From Pyrinomonadaceae bacterium (GTDB lineage: Bacteria; Acidobacteriota; Blastocatellia; Pyrinomonadales; Pyrinomonadaceae), in assembly GCA_036388995.1 (NCBI GenBank), contig DASVQU010000001.1, forward strand, positions 81 through 64,080: 64,000 bases of DNA, written 5' to 3'. Below are positions 51,301 through 59,978 of this stretch, in pieces; the stretch's first letter is position 1, and each line of letters opens with the position of its first letter. Position numbers and translations under genes: made by a program. Under the pieces are notes generated by a model. It was not told the origin of the DNA. It searched no databases and saw nothing but the letters and a program-made list of their open reading frames with translations.

Positions 51301-51500
51301 ACAACCAATTCGTCCCGCAGCGTTTTGGAACCGCCGAAGACAAACCCGTTCCGGCGGATTATGACGGAGACGGACGAGCCGAAATCGCCGTTTATCGCCC
51401 GTCAAATTCGTTCTGGTATTTGCTTCGCTCAAACGGCGATTTGTTCCCGCTGCAATTCGGCACTACGGGCGATCTTCCGATTCCGGCTTTGAATCGGTAA
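48354..51500 (+). CDS. large secreted protein: parallel beta-helix + IPT/TIG-like + four BACON-like repeats + C-terminal FG-GAP/VCBS propeller
   Basis: ATG at 48354 precedes the signal peptide. CTLRAAVAQSN plus repeated NN.A..GGGI beta-helix rungs. Four repeats of C.(Y/F)T..P...............(C)(G/T)WTA......WI(S/T)IT...G.G.GTV.F....N.G..R.G(T)...GGQT(F/V)T(V/I)NQ. Six D.DGD(G/K) repeats lie in about 50680..51500. Confidence 0.75.
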   Translation: MPVIFTVNRKRFNFSLLTLTVIIFAVVFGAAKTAAHSENDAFVPSAETASPQQTFTVNRTDDAPDANTADNICDVDLATLGQQCTLRAAVAQSNVTAGADMINFSLLDASVINLTSGVLLINQSVEIRGSGARNLTVQRTTGQAAPVFNIFNIVGPAYNSTETITVGISGLTMANGSANSGGGINSFGAVTLNLTEVTLRNNRGNNGGAIFNAGNALNILRSTLNDNIALSSGGAIYNSYGSVNIANSTIANNSANGSGGGIFNSNDGDNNNVLTLNNVTISNNDADTGGGVTNRKTAFVRNTIIAGNTARRDPDVEGVSNFISLGNNLIGRSDFSVGFFNGIGGDIVGTSGAPVNPLLDPLRNNGGPTDTMALLPASPAVDSGNDCVINAICPLSNPPVPLLTDQRDALFSRSVGNSVDIGAYELNVPEPVITSISPARIAAGSNAFEIVVTGSGFVNGSIVQWAGENRPTTFVSPTELRAQISAADVQMTGQFLVTVFNPTPGGGISNQITFVVFNCSYTINPTSANVPSTSVSVTFNVTTTAECGWTATTTTPWISITNGNGTGNGTVAFTVQENTGPARTGTVMVGGQTFTVNQAGGCAFTLNPTNATIAVGGGNGSFNITTAAGCTWTAASNDPWITITNNSGSGTGSGTVAFTVQPNGGPPRTGTITAGGQTFTVNQQSGCTYTVSPTNLNVNAASSTGSITVTTSAGCTWTAASNSPWITITSGGTGTGNGTVNFTAAANTGAARVGTITVAGQTVTINQPSPTNFNKTPFDFDGDGRADISVFRPSTGTWHISQSSNGTLRSTTFGQAGDLVAPADYDGDGRTDIAVFRFGFWYRINSLTNQFVAVQFGSSGDIPMAADYDGDGLADISVFRPSTGDWFRINSSNNQFVAVHWGASGDVPVMGDFDGDGRADLAVFRPTTGDWYILRSSDNSFFGINFGVPGDVPAAADFDGDKRTDISVYRPSNGTWYRINSSNNQFVPQRFGTAEDKPVPADYDGDGRAEIAVYRPSNSFWYLLRSNGDLFPLQFGTTGDLPIPALNR

Positions 51501-51517
51501 AATCAATCGCAGAAAAA

Positions 51518-51559
51518 AGAAAATCGAGCCTGATTGAATAAATCAGGCTCGATTTTCTT
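51518..51559. terminator. bidirectional rho-independent terminator
   Basis: 19-bp stem AAGAAAATCGAGCCTGATT / AATCAGGCTCGATTTTCTT, with T-runs on both strands, between convergent genes. Confidence 0.85.
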
Positions 51560-51582
51560 TTTAAAGGTAAAGGACACTTTTT

Positions 51583-51939
51583 TTAAAGATAACTGGCTAT
51601 AACTTTTTTTAAATATTCAGGCTCGACGGGTTTAAAAAGAACCTCGTTGCATCCCGCTTTGAGAGCTTGTTGTAGGCAATTGGTGTGAGCCGTAATCGCC
51701 AGGACCGGGACATTCGCGCCTTCTTTGAGTTGTCTGATTTGTTTGGTTGCGGCAATGCCGTCCATTTCAGGCAAGCTGATGTCCATTAAAATCAAGTCGG
51801 GATGTTCGTTTTTAGTGCATTCGACCGCTTCGCGCCCGTCAGTCGCTTCGATGACTTCATACCCGTAAAATTCGAGCATAAAATGCATAAACTCGCGTGC
51901 GTCGTCATAATCTTCTACCAAGAGGATGGTATGCGCCAT
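51583..51939 (-). CDS. single-domain response regulator (CheY-like receiver)
   Basis: MAHTILLVEDYDD...DLILMDISLPEMDG...LAITAH...K. ATG at 51939 is preceded by AAGGTG. Confidence 0.85.
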   Translation of the reverse strand: MAHTILLVEDYDDAREFMHFMLEFYGYEVIEATDGREAVECTKNEHPDLILMDISLPEMDGIAATKQIRQLKEGANVPVLAITAHTNCLQQALKAGCNEVLFKPVEPEYLKKVIASYL

Positions 51940-52122
51940 AATCACCTTGCCTACTGGGGGAACAGGTCAAATCAGCTCTACTGTTAGGTTAGTTGACTTT
52001 GACAAGCGACTTTGTTCGCTTGCGTACACTTGAGAATTTTAAAAATTTCTTTTCGTGATTTGCCGATCCGCAAAATGCGGTTTGTTTTGAAGAAAGCGGC
52101 GCGGCATATTAACATCGAAAAA

Positions 52123-53160
52123 ATGTTGATCTCCGAGTTCGATTACGAACTGCCCGAAGAATTAATCGCCCAGGAACCGCTCGCCGAACGCTCGGCTTCG
52201 AGAATGCTGGTCGTTAATCGCGCCGCCGGTAATTGGCGGGACGAACAATTCAAAAACTTTCCCGCGTTTTTGCAAAAAGGCGATGTGCTGGTCTTGAACA
52301 ACACCAAAGTTTTTCCCGCCCGTTTAATCGGAAACCGGGAAAATTTTACGGGCAAAATCGAAATTTTTCTGGTTCGTGAAATCGAAAAAAACGTCTGGGA
52401 AGCGCTGGCTCGTCCCGCGCGTCGGATGAAAGCCGGAACAAATCTCGTTTTCGGCGAAGGAGAATTGCAGGCAAGAGTTTTGGATAAAACCACGGACGGT
52501 CGAATCGTCGTCAACTTTCAAAGCGAAAGAGATTTCTACGAAATTCTGGAAGCCGTCGGTCAAACGCCTTTGCCGCCTTACATCCACCGCGAGGAAAAGC
52601 CCGATCAAACAGACCTTGAACGCTATCAAACCGTTTTTGCCCGTGAGCGCGGAGCGATTGCAGCGCCGACCGCCGGGCTTCATTTCACGCCGGAAATTTT
52701 AGCGGAAATCGGGCGCTGCGGCGTTGAAACTGCGGAAATCACTTTGCATGTTGGCTACGGAACTTTCGAGCCGGTTCGAGTCGAAAATTTATCCGAACAT
52801 CGAGTTGCGCCGGAAACTTCGATTATTTCGGAAGAAACAGCCGAGATCGTCAACCGCGCCAGAGCCGAAAACCGTCGCGTTGTAGCAATCGGCACAACGA
52901 CGACGCGGGCGCTCGAATCCGCGGCAGATGAAAACGGAGAAATTTCGGCGGGATGGCGCGCGGCAAATCTGACAATTACGCCCGGTTACAAATTTCGCGC
53001 CGTGAATGCGCTTTTAACTAATTTTCACTTGCCGCAATCGTCGCTTTTAGTTTTGGTTTCGACCTTCGCCGGGCACGATTTAACGATGTCGGCTTACAAA
53101 CACGCGGTCGCCGAAAAATATCGTTTTTACAGCTACGGCGATTGTATGTTGATAATCTGA
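52123..53160 (+). CDS. queA: S-adenosylmethionine:tRNA ribosyltransferase-isomerase
   Basis: MLISEFDYELPEELIAQEPL..RSASRMLVV...VLNNTKVFPARL...PPYI...GAIAAPTAGLHFT...AIGTTTTRALES. Confidence 0.9.
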   Translation: MLISEFDYELPEELIAQEPLAERSASRMLVVNRAAGNWRDEQFKNFPAFLQKGDVLVLNNTKVFPARLIGNRENFTGKIEIFLVREIEKNVWEALARPARRMKAGTNLVFGEGELQARVLDKTTDGRIVVNFQSERDFYEILEAVGQTPLPPYIHREEKPDQTDLERYQTVFARERGAIAAPTAGLHFTPEILAEIGRCGVETAEITLHVGYGTFEPVRVENLSEHRVAPETSIISEETAEIVNRARAENRRVVAIGTTTTRALESAADENGEISAGWRAANLTITPGYKFRAVNALLTNFHLPQSSLLVLVSTFAGHDLTMSAYKHAVAEKYRFYSYGDCMLII

Positions 53161-53174
53161 CGTTAAACGATTGC

Positions 53175-53209
53175 AAATCTAAAATCTAAAATCTAAAATC
53201 CAAAATCGA
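53175..53209 (+). repeat. period-7 tandem array AAATCTA x3, AAATCCA, AAATCGA
   Basis: Five heptamers in the queA/rimI-like spacer. Same unit (as reverse complement) as the array inside the kinase gene. Confidence 0.8.
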
Positions 53210-53211
53210 AT

Positions 53212-53787
53212 ATGGCAGTTTTGGACAGATTACGCGGATTCTGGCAGACGTTTATGTTCGAGCGCACATCGCCCGAACAGGAATTTCCTTTCCTTGCGCC
53301 GCTGCCGCCCGATTCTTTAGCAAAATTTTCCGGCGATTACCATATTCGCGCGCTGACGATAAAACATCTCGACGAGTTGGACGCGCTCGACCGCCGCTGT
53401 TTTATCAACGGCGATTCTTACACGCGCGGCACGCTCGAATTTCTGCTCAAAGAACCCAATTCGCTCGCTTATTGCGTTGTTTTGCCCAAAAACGGGCAGA
53501 TGATCGCCTTCATCATTGCAATGCACGAGCCGGACGGAACCGGACACATCACAACCATCGGAGTCGCGCCCGAACACCGGCGGCGCGGACTCGCGTTTCT
53601 GCTGCTCGAACACGCCGAAAACGCTTTTCGCCTGCGCAACGTCAGAACAATGCGGCTCGAAGTTCGTACAAATAATTTCGGCGCGCAGCAGCTTTACGCC
53701 CGCGCCGGTTACACGGTCGCGCAGCGAATGAACCAGTATTACGCTAACGGCGGCGACGGTTTTTTAATGATTAAATCGTTGGTTTGA
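53212..53787 (+). CDS. rimI: GNAT acetyltransferase, RimI-like (ribosomal-protein-alanine N-acetyltransferase family)
   Basis: ITTIGVAPEHRRRGLAFLLLEHAE...MRLEVRTNNFGAQQLYARAGY...YYANGGDGFLM. Confidence 0.65.
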   Translation: MAVLDRLRGFWQTFMFERTSPEQEFPFLAPLPPDSLAKFSGDYHIRALTIKHLDELDALDRRCFINGDSYTRGTLEFLLKEPNSLAYCVVLPKNGQMIAFIIAMHEPDGTGHITTIGVAPEHRRRGLAFLLLEHAENAFRLRNVRTMRLEVRTNNFGAQQLYARAGYTVAQRMNQYYANGGDGFLMIKSLV

Positions 53788-53812
53788 ACAATAGATGAGA
53801 GGATAGATCATT

Positions 53813-54244
53813 ATGCTAGCGGGAATTTTATCAAAGATTGGTTTAGAGCATAGAGGGGGATACCAGGAAAAATTTGCCGAAAGCGGATGGCGCGTTTTTG
53901 AACAAGCGTTAGACGAAACGCGCAATCGTCAGCAGAGTTATCTTTCGTTGGGGCATTTGTTAAATGCCCTTGCCGTTGAAAGTCCCGATGTTTTTAACGA
54001 TGTAATGTTGCGCGCCCAAGTTGAGCCGACGAAAGCACGGGAATTTATTGGAGAAAGCCTTGAGAGCATTCCCAAAAGCGCATCGAAAGGCGTGCGCATT
54101 GCACCGGAAGTTACTTCGCTGTTCCGGCAGGCGCAAGATACGGCGCAAAAATCGGGACGCAAAATTGAAGCGGTGGATTTAGGGCAGGTGCTGTCAAAAG
54201 GCAAATTTGAATTTCCGCGACTCGTAAATTGGAAAGTCGTGTAA
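53813..54244 (+). CDS. Clp N-terminal (Clp_R) domain protein
   Basis: Two-repeat pattern: FEQALDETRNRQQSYLSLGHLLNAL and LFRQAQDTAQKSGRKIEAVDLGQVL. Confidence 0.55.
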   Translation: MLAGILSKIGLEHRGGYQEKFAESGWRVFEQALDETRNRQQSYLSLGHLLNALAVESPDVFNDVMLRAQVEPTKAREFIGESLESIPKSASKGVRIAPEVTSLFRQAQDTAQKSGRKIEAVDLGQVLSKGKFEFPRLVNWKVV

Positions 54245-54268
54245 AGCCGAAATTTCACTATTTTATTT

Positions 54269-54907
54269 TTATTTGAAGGCAAGAAATCCGAAAACCGCCG
54301 GAACGTGAAAACCCGGTGTTTCGGTGAAAGTAGGCTGCCAAGCGAGATAACCGCGCGTTTCGCCGCTGCCGACACAGCGAAATAAATTTGTTCGCCAAGT
54401 TTCGCCCGCTTTGGGCTTTCTGCCGAAAGCGCGCTCAAATTCGACGGTGAAAACGACGGTAAAAGAATTTTCTCCAATACGCGCCGCCGTTTTCATTCCG
54501 GCGTTATAAGTTTTGTCGGTTTCGCGTTTTTCGGGCAATTGATGAATCGCAAAATCGAGCCATTCGCCCGTCGGCGCGATTTCAAATTCATAATATTTTT
54601 CAGGCGCATTCAGATCCGGCGCAATGAAAATCTCGCAGACATCGCGCTCCCAAAGCTCGTTGGCTTCCGCTTCAAGATTCGGATTTCGGTTAATGATAAA
54701 CGGCTCGTCTTGTGTGCAATCAAAACGCACAAAAAGCCGGTTTTCGCTCCACAAAATTCTTGCGCTCGCGCATCGTTCGGTGGGCGCGTGTTCGCCTGAC
54801 CAATAGCGATTTATTTCGACCGACTCGACTTGCCGCCAAATCTCATTATCGAAATCTTCGAGCCTGATTTCCTCCGCCGTAAAAAAGGCGTTGATTCGAT
54901 TTTTCAT
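54269..54907 (-). CDS. carbohydrate-binding family 9 (CBM9/DOMON)-like protein
   Basis: ATG at 54907, just after the MFS stop. W..V..I.....G......T.ARILWSENRLFVRF.C.D...........LWERDVCEIFIAP........YYEFEIAP.G resembles CBM9-like proteins. Confidence 0.5.
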   Translation of the reverse strand: MKNRINAFFTAEEIRLEDFDNEIWRQVESVEINRYWSGEHAPTERCASARILWSENRLFVRFDCTQDEPFIINRNPNLEAEANELWERDVCEIFIAPDLNAPEKYYEFEIAPTGEWLDFAIHQLPEKRETDKTYNAGMKTAARIGENSFTVVFTVEFERAFGRKPKAGETWRTNLFRCVGSGETRGYLAWQPTFTETPGFHVPAVFGFLAFK

Positions 54908-54912
54908 AAAAA

Positions 54913-56187
54913 TCAGTCGTCGGTTTGCCAGAATTTTCCGGTCACAAACCAAATGACGCCCGGAATTGTCGCTATCAGACCGATTCCGATTGTGACCTGA
55001 CGAAGCGAGAAATTGAAATCGTCGAGTAAAACGCCGACCGCATAGTTTGAGCCTGCCAACATTAAAGTTAAAAGACAAAGCTCGGCGGCGAAAACCCGAC
55101 CGCGAAATTCGTCGTCCACATATTTTTGCATCAAAGCGGTCGAATTAATCCAGATCAAGCTTCCGCCCGCGTAAGCGGCGAGCAGCAAACAAATTGCGAG
55201 CGGATAATTTTCGGTCGTCCCAAACAGTGCAAAAAAAGTACCGATAAAGAAAAACGCCGCGCCGAGCGAATTTTCCAGGCTCCTGCGAGAGCCGCGCACG
55301 AATCTCTGGACGACAATCGGCGCGAACGCCGTGCCGATGCCGCGCACCGCGTAAAGCACGCCGATTCCGATTTCGCCGCTGCCCGCGATTGGAAAAACTT
55401 TCTCTCCGTAAATTGCCAGCAATGTCAGCGTTCCGCCCGCGATGCACTGCGCCGGTTTCGCCAGCATCACGGCTAAAACGCGCGGTCTGCGCCAGACGTA
55501 TTTTAAACCTTCGAAAACGTCTTCAATCCCGGTGGCGCGCAAGACGGTTAATTTTTGTTTTTCGCGCGGCGGACGCGGCGGCAAATTTAAACCTAAAAAC
55601 AAGAAGGCGGACAGCAAATAAGTCGCCGAATCAAGAACAAATGCAGCATCCGTTCCGAGCGCGGCGGTCGCAAAACCTCCGATTGCCGCGCCGGTCGTCA
55701 GCATCGCCGACCAGGTGACGGCGGTAATTCCGTTTGCGGTCAGCAAATCTTTCGGCTCAACGACCGACGGAATCGAAGCCGACCGCGCCGGTTCAAAAAA
55801 TGTTGACAAAACAAGCTGTAAAACGGTAAGAAAATAAATTAGCCACGCGTCTTCCGGTCGGCGAATGAACAAAAATCCCAGAACGACCACGGCGCGCCCG
55901 AGATCAGCGGCAATCATCACCTTTTTACGGTCAAAACGGTCGGCGATCACGCCTGCAAGCGGGCTGGAAAAAACGGTCGAAAGAAATCTCGTGACCAAAA
56001 TCAATGCCACGGCTTGTCCCGATCCGGTCAATTTAAGAGCGATGGCGTAAAGCGCAATCGTGTTAAACCAATCGCCGAGCTGCGAGACGACTTGTCCGAG
56101 CCAGAGCCTGCGAAAATTCGGGTTCTCGCGCAGCAGCTCAAAATAGCCGCGCGGCGATTGGTCGGTTTCTTCGGCGGCTAAATCCAT
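54913..56187 (-). CDS. MFS transporter
   Basis: 12 predicted TM helices. Motifs LGQVVSQLGDWF and GVIADRFDRKKVM (MFS motif A-like). Confidence 0.8.
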   Translation of the reverse strand: MDLAAEETDQSPRGYFELLRENPNFRRLWLGQVVSQLGDWFNTIALYAIALKLTGSGQAVALILVTRFLSTVFSSPLAGVIADRFDRKKVMIAADLGRAVVVLGFLFIRRPEDAWLIYFLTVLQLVLSTFFEPARSASIPSVVEPKDLLTANGITAVTWSAMLTTGAAIGGFATAALGTDAAFVLDSATYLLSAFLFLGLNLPPRPPREKQKLTVLRATGIEDVFEGLKYVWRRPRVLAVMLAKPAQCIAGGTLTLLAIYGEKVFPIAGSGEIGIGVLYAVRGIGTAFAPIVVQRFVRGSRRSLENSLGAAFFFIGTFFALFGTTENYPLAICLLLAAYAGGSLIWINSTALMQKYVDDEFRGRVFAAELCLLTLMLAGSNYAVGVLLDDFNFSLRQVTIGIGLIATIPGVIWFVTGKFWQTDD

Positions 56188-56409
56188 AACGGAAAATTAA
56201 AAGTTACATCGCCGGACGGAATTTCGGCAACCGGGATTCTTCCAAACTGACACGCCATTTTGAACGATTTTATCGCTTTTTAATCGTCAAAACTTATAGC
56301 TGAAATTCACGCCCTTGATTTTATAAGGGCTTACGGACAAGGAACGAAATTTGTAAGAGAAAAGCAAGCCGACGCCCCCACGCCCGGCGGATCAAGGAGT
56401 AAATCTCAG

Positions 56410-58902
56410 GTGAAAGTTTTTAATCCAGACGACAATCGCGCGACAAATTTTTTCCGGCTTTTGCTTTCAGCAACGGCGGCGATTGTCTCGATTTGGGCTT
56501 TATTAAATTGTTTTTATTTAACGGCGGCGGAAATCGGCGTCTTGACGGGCTTGATTTGTCTGTCGTTTATCGCCGGTTTGTTTCCGATTAAAGTTCCCGA
56601 CACGCAAACCACTATCACGGCTGCCGACGCGCTCGTTTTTCTCGCTCTAATTTATCTGGGAGTTCCGGCGGGCATTGTTGCCGCTGGAGTTGCGGCTTTT
56701 GCCGGAGGGTTGAGAGCCGAAAACAAAGTTGAAGAAAAACTAACCTGCGCCGCAATTTCGATTATCGGCGCGTTCGGCGCGGGGCAGGCTTTTTATTTCG
56801 CGCTCAAACATTACGCCGGAATTCCGCAGCAGCCGCTCGCCAACAGCCTGCTTGAAATCGAAGGTTTCGCACTCGTGCTGGTGATTGCGGCTTTTGTTCA
56901 ATTCCTGCTGATGAGCCTGCTTTCCGGTTGGTTTCAGGCGCTGAAAACCAATCAATCCTTTGCCAAAATCTGGACGCGAGACATTTTGTCCTGTTCGTGG
57001 AGTTGTTTTGTCGGCGCGCTGGCAGCCGGAATCGTGCAATATTCCGAAGTGCATTGGGGCGCAGCGCACGGCGTAATCAGTTTGCCGCTCGTCGCTTTGC
57101 CCTACATCGCTTACAAATTACATTTCCGGCGAATGAACGAGAAAAATCGGGAAATCGCCGAAATCAATCGCGTTCAGCTTTCCGCCGTGCAAACGCTCGC
57201 CGCCGCGGTTGATGCGCGCGAACAGACTTCGCCCGGTCACACGCGGCGCGTTCAAATCTACTCAATCGGGCTGGCAAATGCGTTGAGATTGCCTTCAAAC
57301 GATCTGAAAGCTCTCGAAGCCGCCGCGCTTTTGCACGACATCGGCAAGCTCGCGGTTCCCGATCATATTTTGAACAAACCCGGACGCCTTTCGCGCCCGG
57401 AAATGGACAAAGTGAAAGTACACGCCGCCGTCGGCGCCGATATTCTGAAAAAAGTCGCTTTTCCGTATCCGGTCGTGCCGACCGTTTTGCATCATCACGA
57501 GCGTTGGGACGGCGCAGGCTACCCGGAAGGTTTATGCGGCGAAGAAATCCCGATTACCGCGCGCGTTCTGGCGATTGCCGACTCTTACGATTCGATGCGC
57601 GAGCCGCGTTCCTATCGTCCTGCGCTTGACCGCGACGAAGCACGCCGCGCTTTGCTTGCCGGAGCGGGAGCGCAGTTCGACCCGCGTCTGGTTGATGTTT
57701 TTTTGCGAAACGTCAAGCATTTTGAAATCGAAATCGAAACCGCCGGAGTCGCTCACGAATCAGAATCGCCTGTAAAAGACGCGAAAAGCGAGCTTCGCAC
57801 GCTGGGAGATTCGTCTCTCACAATCAATTATTTTGAGGAAATCAAACGCGCGAATCTCGAAGTTTTCGCGCTTTACGATCTGGCGTGCGCTTCAAGCTCG
57901 TCGCTGAATTTGGAGGAAACCGTCACGTTTTTTGTCGAGAAAGTCCAGCAGCTTGTCCCGCTCGAAACCTGCGTGGTTTATCTCTACAATGAACGCGGCG
58001 AAACGGCTTTTGCGGCGCATTCCGTCGGCAAAAACGCTGCGCTGCTGCGCAACCGAACCGTTAAGCTCGGCGAAGGCGTCACCGGATTTGTTTTAAAAAA
58101 TCAAAAATCGGTTTGCTCGGTCAGCCCTGCGCTCGATTTTAGCGCCGAATATCTCGAAATCGCGCAAAATTATACGACTATGGCAGCGCTGCCGCTCAAA
58201 TCCGGCGACAAGCTCATCGGCGCAATCGCGGTTTATTCGGAAAATCTGCTCGGTTACGAAGAAGAGCATTTGCGGCTGCTCGAAACCGTTTCGCACATTG
58301 CCGCAAACGCGATCTGGCGGACGATTCAACACGCCGAAACCGAATCGCGCGCGCTGACAGATCCGATGACCGGATTGCCGAACGCCCGCTGCTTGCAGCT
58401 TCATTTTGAAAAAGAATCAGCGCGCTCGCGCAGAGACAATCGCCCGTTTCAAGTCGTGATGCTCGATTTGGACGAATTTAAAGCCGTCAACGACACGTTC
58501 GGTCATAAAGCGGGCGATATGATGCTCAAGGAAATCTCGAAAGTAATGCGCGCGCAGCTCCGCGAATATGATTTTCTGGCTCGTTACGCCGGCGACGAAT
58601 TCGTCGCAGTCGTGCCGGAAACGCCCGGTTTTCCGATTGAAGAGCTGTGCCGCCGTATTGAACAGGCTGTTCTGGATTTTTCTCTTCCCGTCGGCAACAA
58701 AGGCTCGGCGCGAGTCGGAATTTCAATCGGCGCGGCGTGTTTTCCGCGCGACGGCGAAACGCTCGATCAGGTTTTGATCGCCGCCGACCATAATATGTAC
58801 TCGACAAAAGCCGCACACAAACGTGCACGGCAAAACAAAGTTAGCGCGCTCGATACGCTGGATTTACTCGAAATTCAAGACGCTTCGACCATCATCAGCT
58901 AA
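56410..58902 (+). CDS. membrane sensor with HD-GYP phosphodiesterase, GAF and GGDEF (AGDEF variant) domains
   Basis: About 7 N-terminal TMs. HD-GYP motifs LLHDIGKLAVPD and HHHERWDGAGYPEGL. A GAF-like middle region. The cyclase domain has an RYAGDEF active-site motif and an upstream REYD (RxxD) I-site. Confidence 0.85.
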   Translation: MKVFNPDDNRATNFFRLLLSATAAIVSIWALLNCFYLTAAEIGVLTGLICLSFIAGLFPIKVPDTQTTITAADALVFLALIYLGVPAGIVAAGVAAFAGGLRAENKVEEKLTCAAISIIGAFGAGQAFYFALKHYAGIPQQPLANSLLEIEGFALVLVIAAFVQFLLMSLLSGWFQALKTNQSFAKIWTRDILSCSWSCFVGALAAGIVQYSEVHWGAAHGVISLPLVALPYIAYKLHFRRMNEKNREIAEINRVQLSAVQTLAAAVDAREQTSPGHTRRVQIYSIGLANALRLPSNDLKALEAAALLHDIGKLAVPDHILNKPGRLSRPEMDKVKVHAAVGADILKKVAFPYPVVPTVLHHHERWDGAGYPEGLCGEEIPITARVLAIADSYDSMREPRSYRPALDRDEARRALLAGAGAQFDPRLVDVFLRNVKHFEIEIETAGVAHESESPVKDAKSELRTLGDSSLTINYFEEIKRANLEVFALYDLACASSSSLNLEETVTFFVEKVQQLVPLETCVVYLYNERGETAFAAHSVGKNAALLRNRTVKLGEGVTGFVLKNQKSVCSVSPALDFSAEYLEIAQNYTTMAALPLKSGDKLIGAIAVYSENLLGYEEEHLRLLETVSHIAANAIWRTIQHAETESRALTDPMTGLPNARCLQLHFEKESARSRRDNRPFQVVMLDLDEFKAVNDTFGHKAGDMMLKEISKVMRAQLREYDFLARYAGDEFVAVVPETPGFPIEELCRRIEQAVLDFSLPVGNKGSARVGISIGAACFPRDGETLDQVLIAADHNMYSTKAAHKRARQNKVSALDTLDLLEIQDASTIIS

Positions 58903-58946
58903 AAAAGCTGCATCCGAAGACTGTGAAAATTCGTTTTAATTTTCGG

Positions 58947-59909
58947 ATGAAACCGAGAGCTTATATATTTTTTATCTTAATTCTTGGCTGTGCTTCATTT
59001 AGCACAGCCTGTAGCTTTTTCAGCGCGAAAAGCAACGGTCAAACCGCGAAAGATACCGTTGTCCAGCCCATTTCCGGCGAATACGGAAAAGCGCAGCGAA
59101 TAGCGACGATTCAAGACGCTTTCGTCACGGAAAGCAGCGGTTTAGCTGTGTCGCGCCGTAACAAAGACACTTTCTGGACGCATAACGATTCGGGCGACGA
59201 CGGTTTTCTTTACGCTTTTGACAGGAGCGGAAAACGTCGCGGAATCTTTCGAGTCGCGGGCGCGAAAAACTACGATTGGGAAGACATCGCCGCTTACACC
59301 GACCGGAAAACCGGCGAAAATTATCTTTTCATCGGCGACATCGGCGACAACGGGCGCAAGCGTTCCGAAATCGTCATTTATCGCGTACGCGAGCCGGAAA
59401 TAAAACCGGATGACGCAAAATCAACAAAGAAAAATGCGCGTAAAATCGAGGGCGCCCAAGCGATTCGCGTCAAATATCCGGACGCGAGCCGCGACGCCGA
59501 AACGCTGCTCGTCAATCCGGCAAACGGCGATTTATACATCGTCAGCAAATCTTTAATTGGCAGCGCGGACGTTTATAAGCTCGCCGCCGGATTTCAAATT
59601 AATAAATCAAATACTCTCCAACATCTCGGCAGCGTCAATGTGCCGAGCATCACGCCCGGATTTTTAACCGGCGGCTCGGTTTCGCCCGATGGCAAACGAA
59701 TTGTTTTAAGCGATTATTTCGCCGCTTACGAATTTGTCCTGCCCGCGAAAGCAAAAAACTTTGACGAAATCTGGAAACAAACAGGCGCTGCGATTGATTT
59801 AGGCGAGCGCGAACAAGGTGAAGCGATTTGCTACGGTTTGGACGGAAAAACCCTTTATGCGACGAGCGAGAAAAAATCTTCTCCGCTGATTGAAGTCCAA
59901 AGAAAGTGA
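58947..59909 (+). CDS. lipoprotein, beta-propeller-like (hypothetical)
   Basis: ATG at 58947. Lipobox FILILGC. ESSGLAV...FWTHNDSGDD...LFIGDIGDN pattern. Confidence 0.55.
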   Translation: MKPRAYIFFILILGCASFSTACSFFSAKSNGQTAKDTVVQPISGEYGKAQRIATIQDAFVTESSGLAVSRRNKDTFWTHNDSGDDGFLYAFDRSGKRRGIFRVAGAKNYDWEDIAAYTDRKTGENYLFIGDIGDNGRKRSEIVIYRVREPEIKPDDAKSTKKNARKIEGAQAIRVKYPDASRDAETLLVNPANGDLYIVSKSLIGSADVYKLAAGFQINKSNTLQHLGSVNVPSITPGFLTGGSVSPDGKRIVLSDYFAAYEFVLPAKAKNFDEIWKQTGAAIDLGEREQGEAICYGLDGKTLYATSEKKSSPLIEVQRK

Positions 59910-59972
59910 GCAGTAAGCGGTGAGCAGTGAGCAGATGTTTTTACTGCTCACTGCTCACCGCTTACTGCTCAC
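59906..59972. repeat. tandem-repeat-armed hairpin, type C (GTGAGCA/GTAAGCG)n; also a plausible bidirectional terminator
   Basis: Perfect 29-bp stem GTGAGCAGTAAGCGGTGAGCAGTGAGCAG / CTGCTCACTGCTCACCGCTTACTGCTCAC, with T-rich runs on both strands. The TGA stop of the upstream gene lies inside the first unit. Confidence 0.9.
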
Positions 59973-59978
59973 TTTTGC

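Noticed and set aside
16870-59972. Possibility that the tandem short repeats are CRISPR arrays
   Set aside because: The units are only 7-9 nt and directly abutting, with no spacers. Each array is paired with its own inverted copy, and no cas genes are present. This is not CRISPR.
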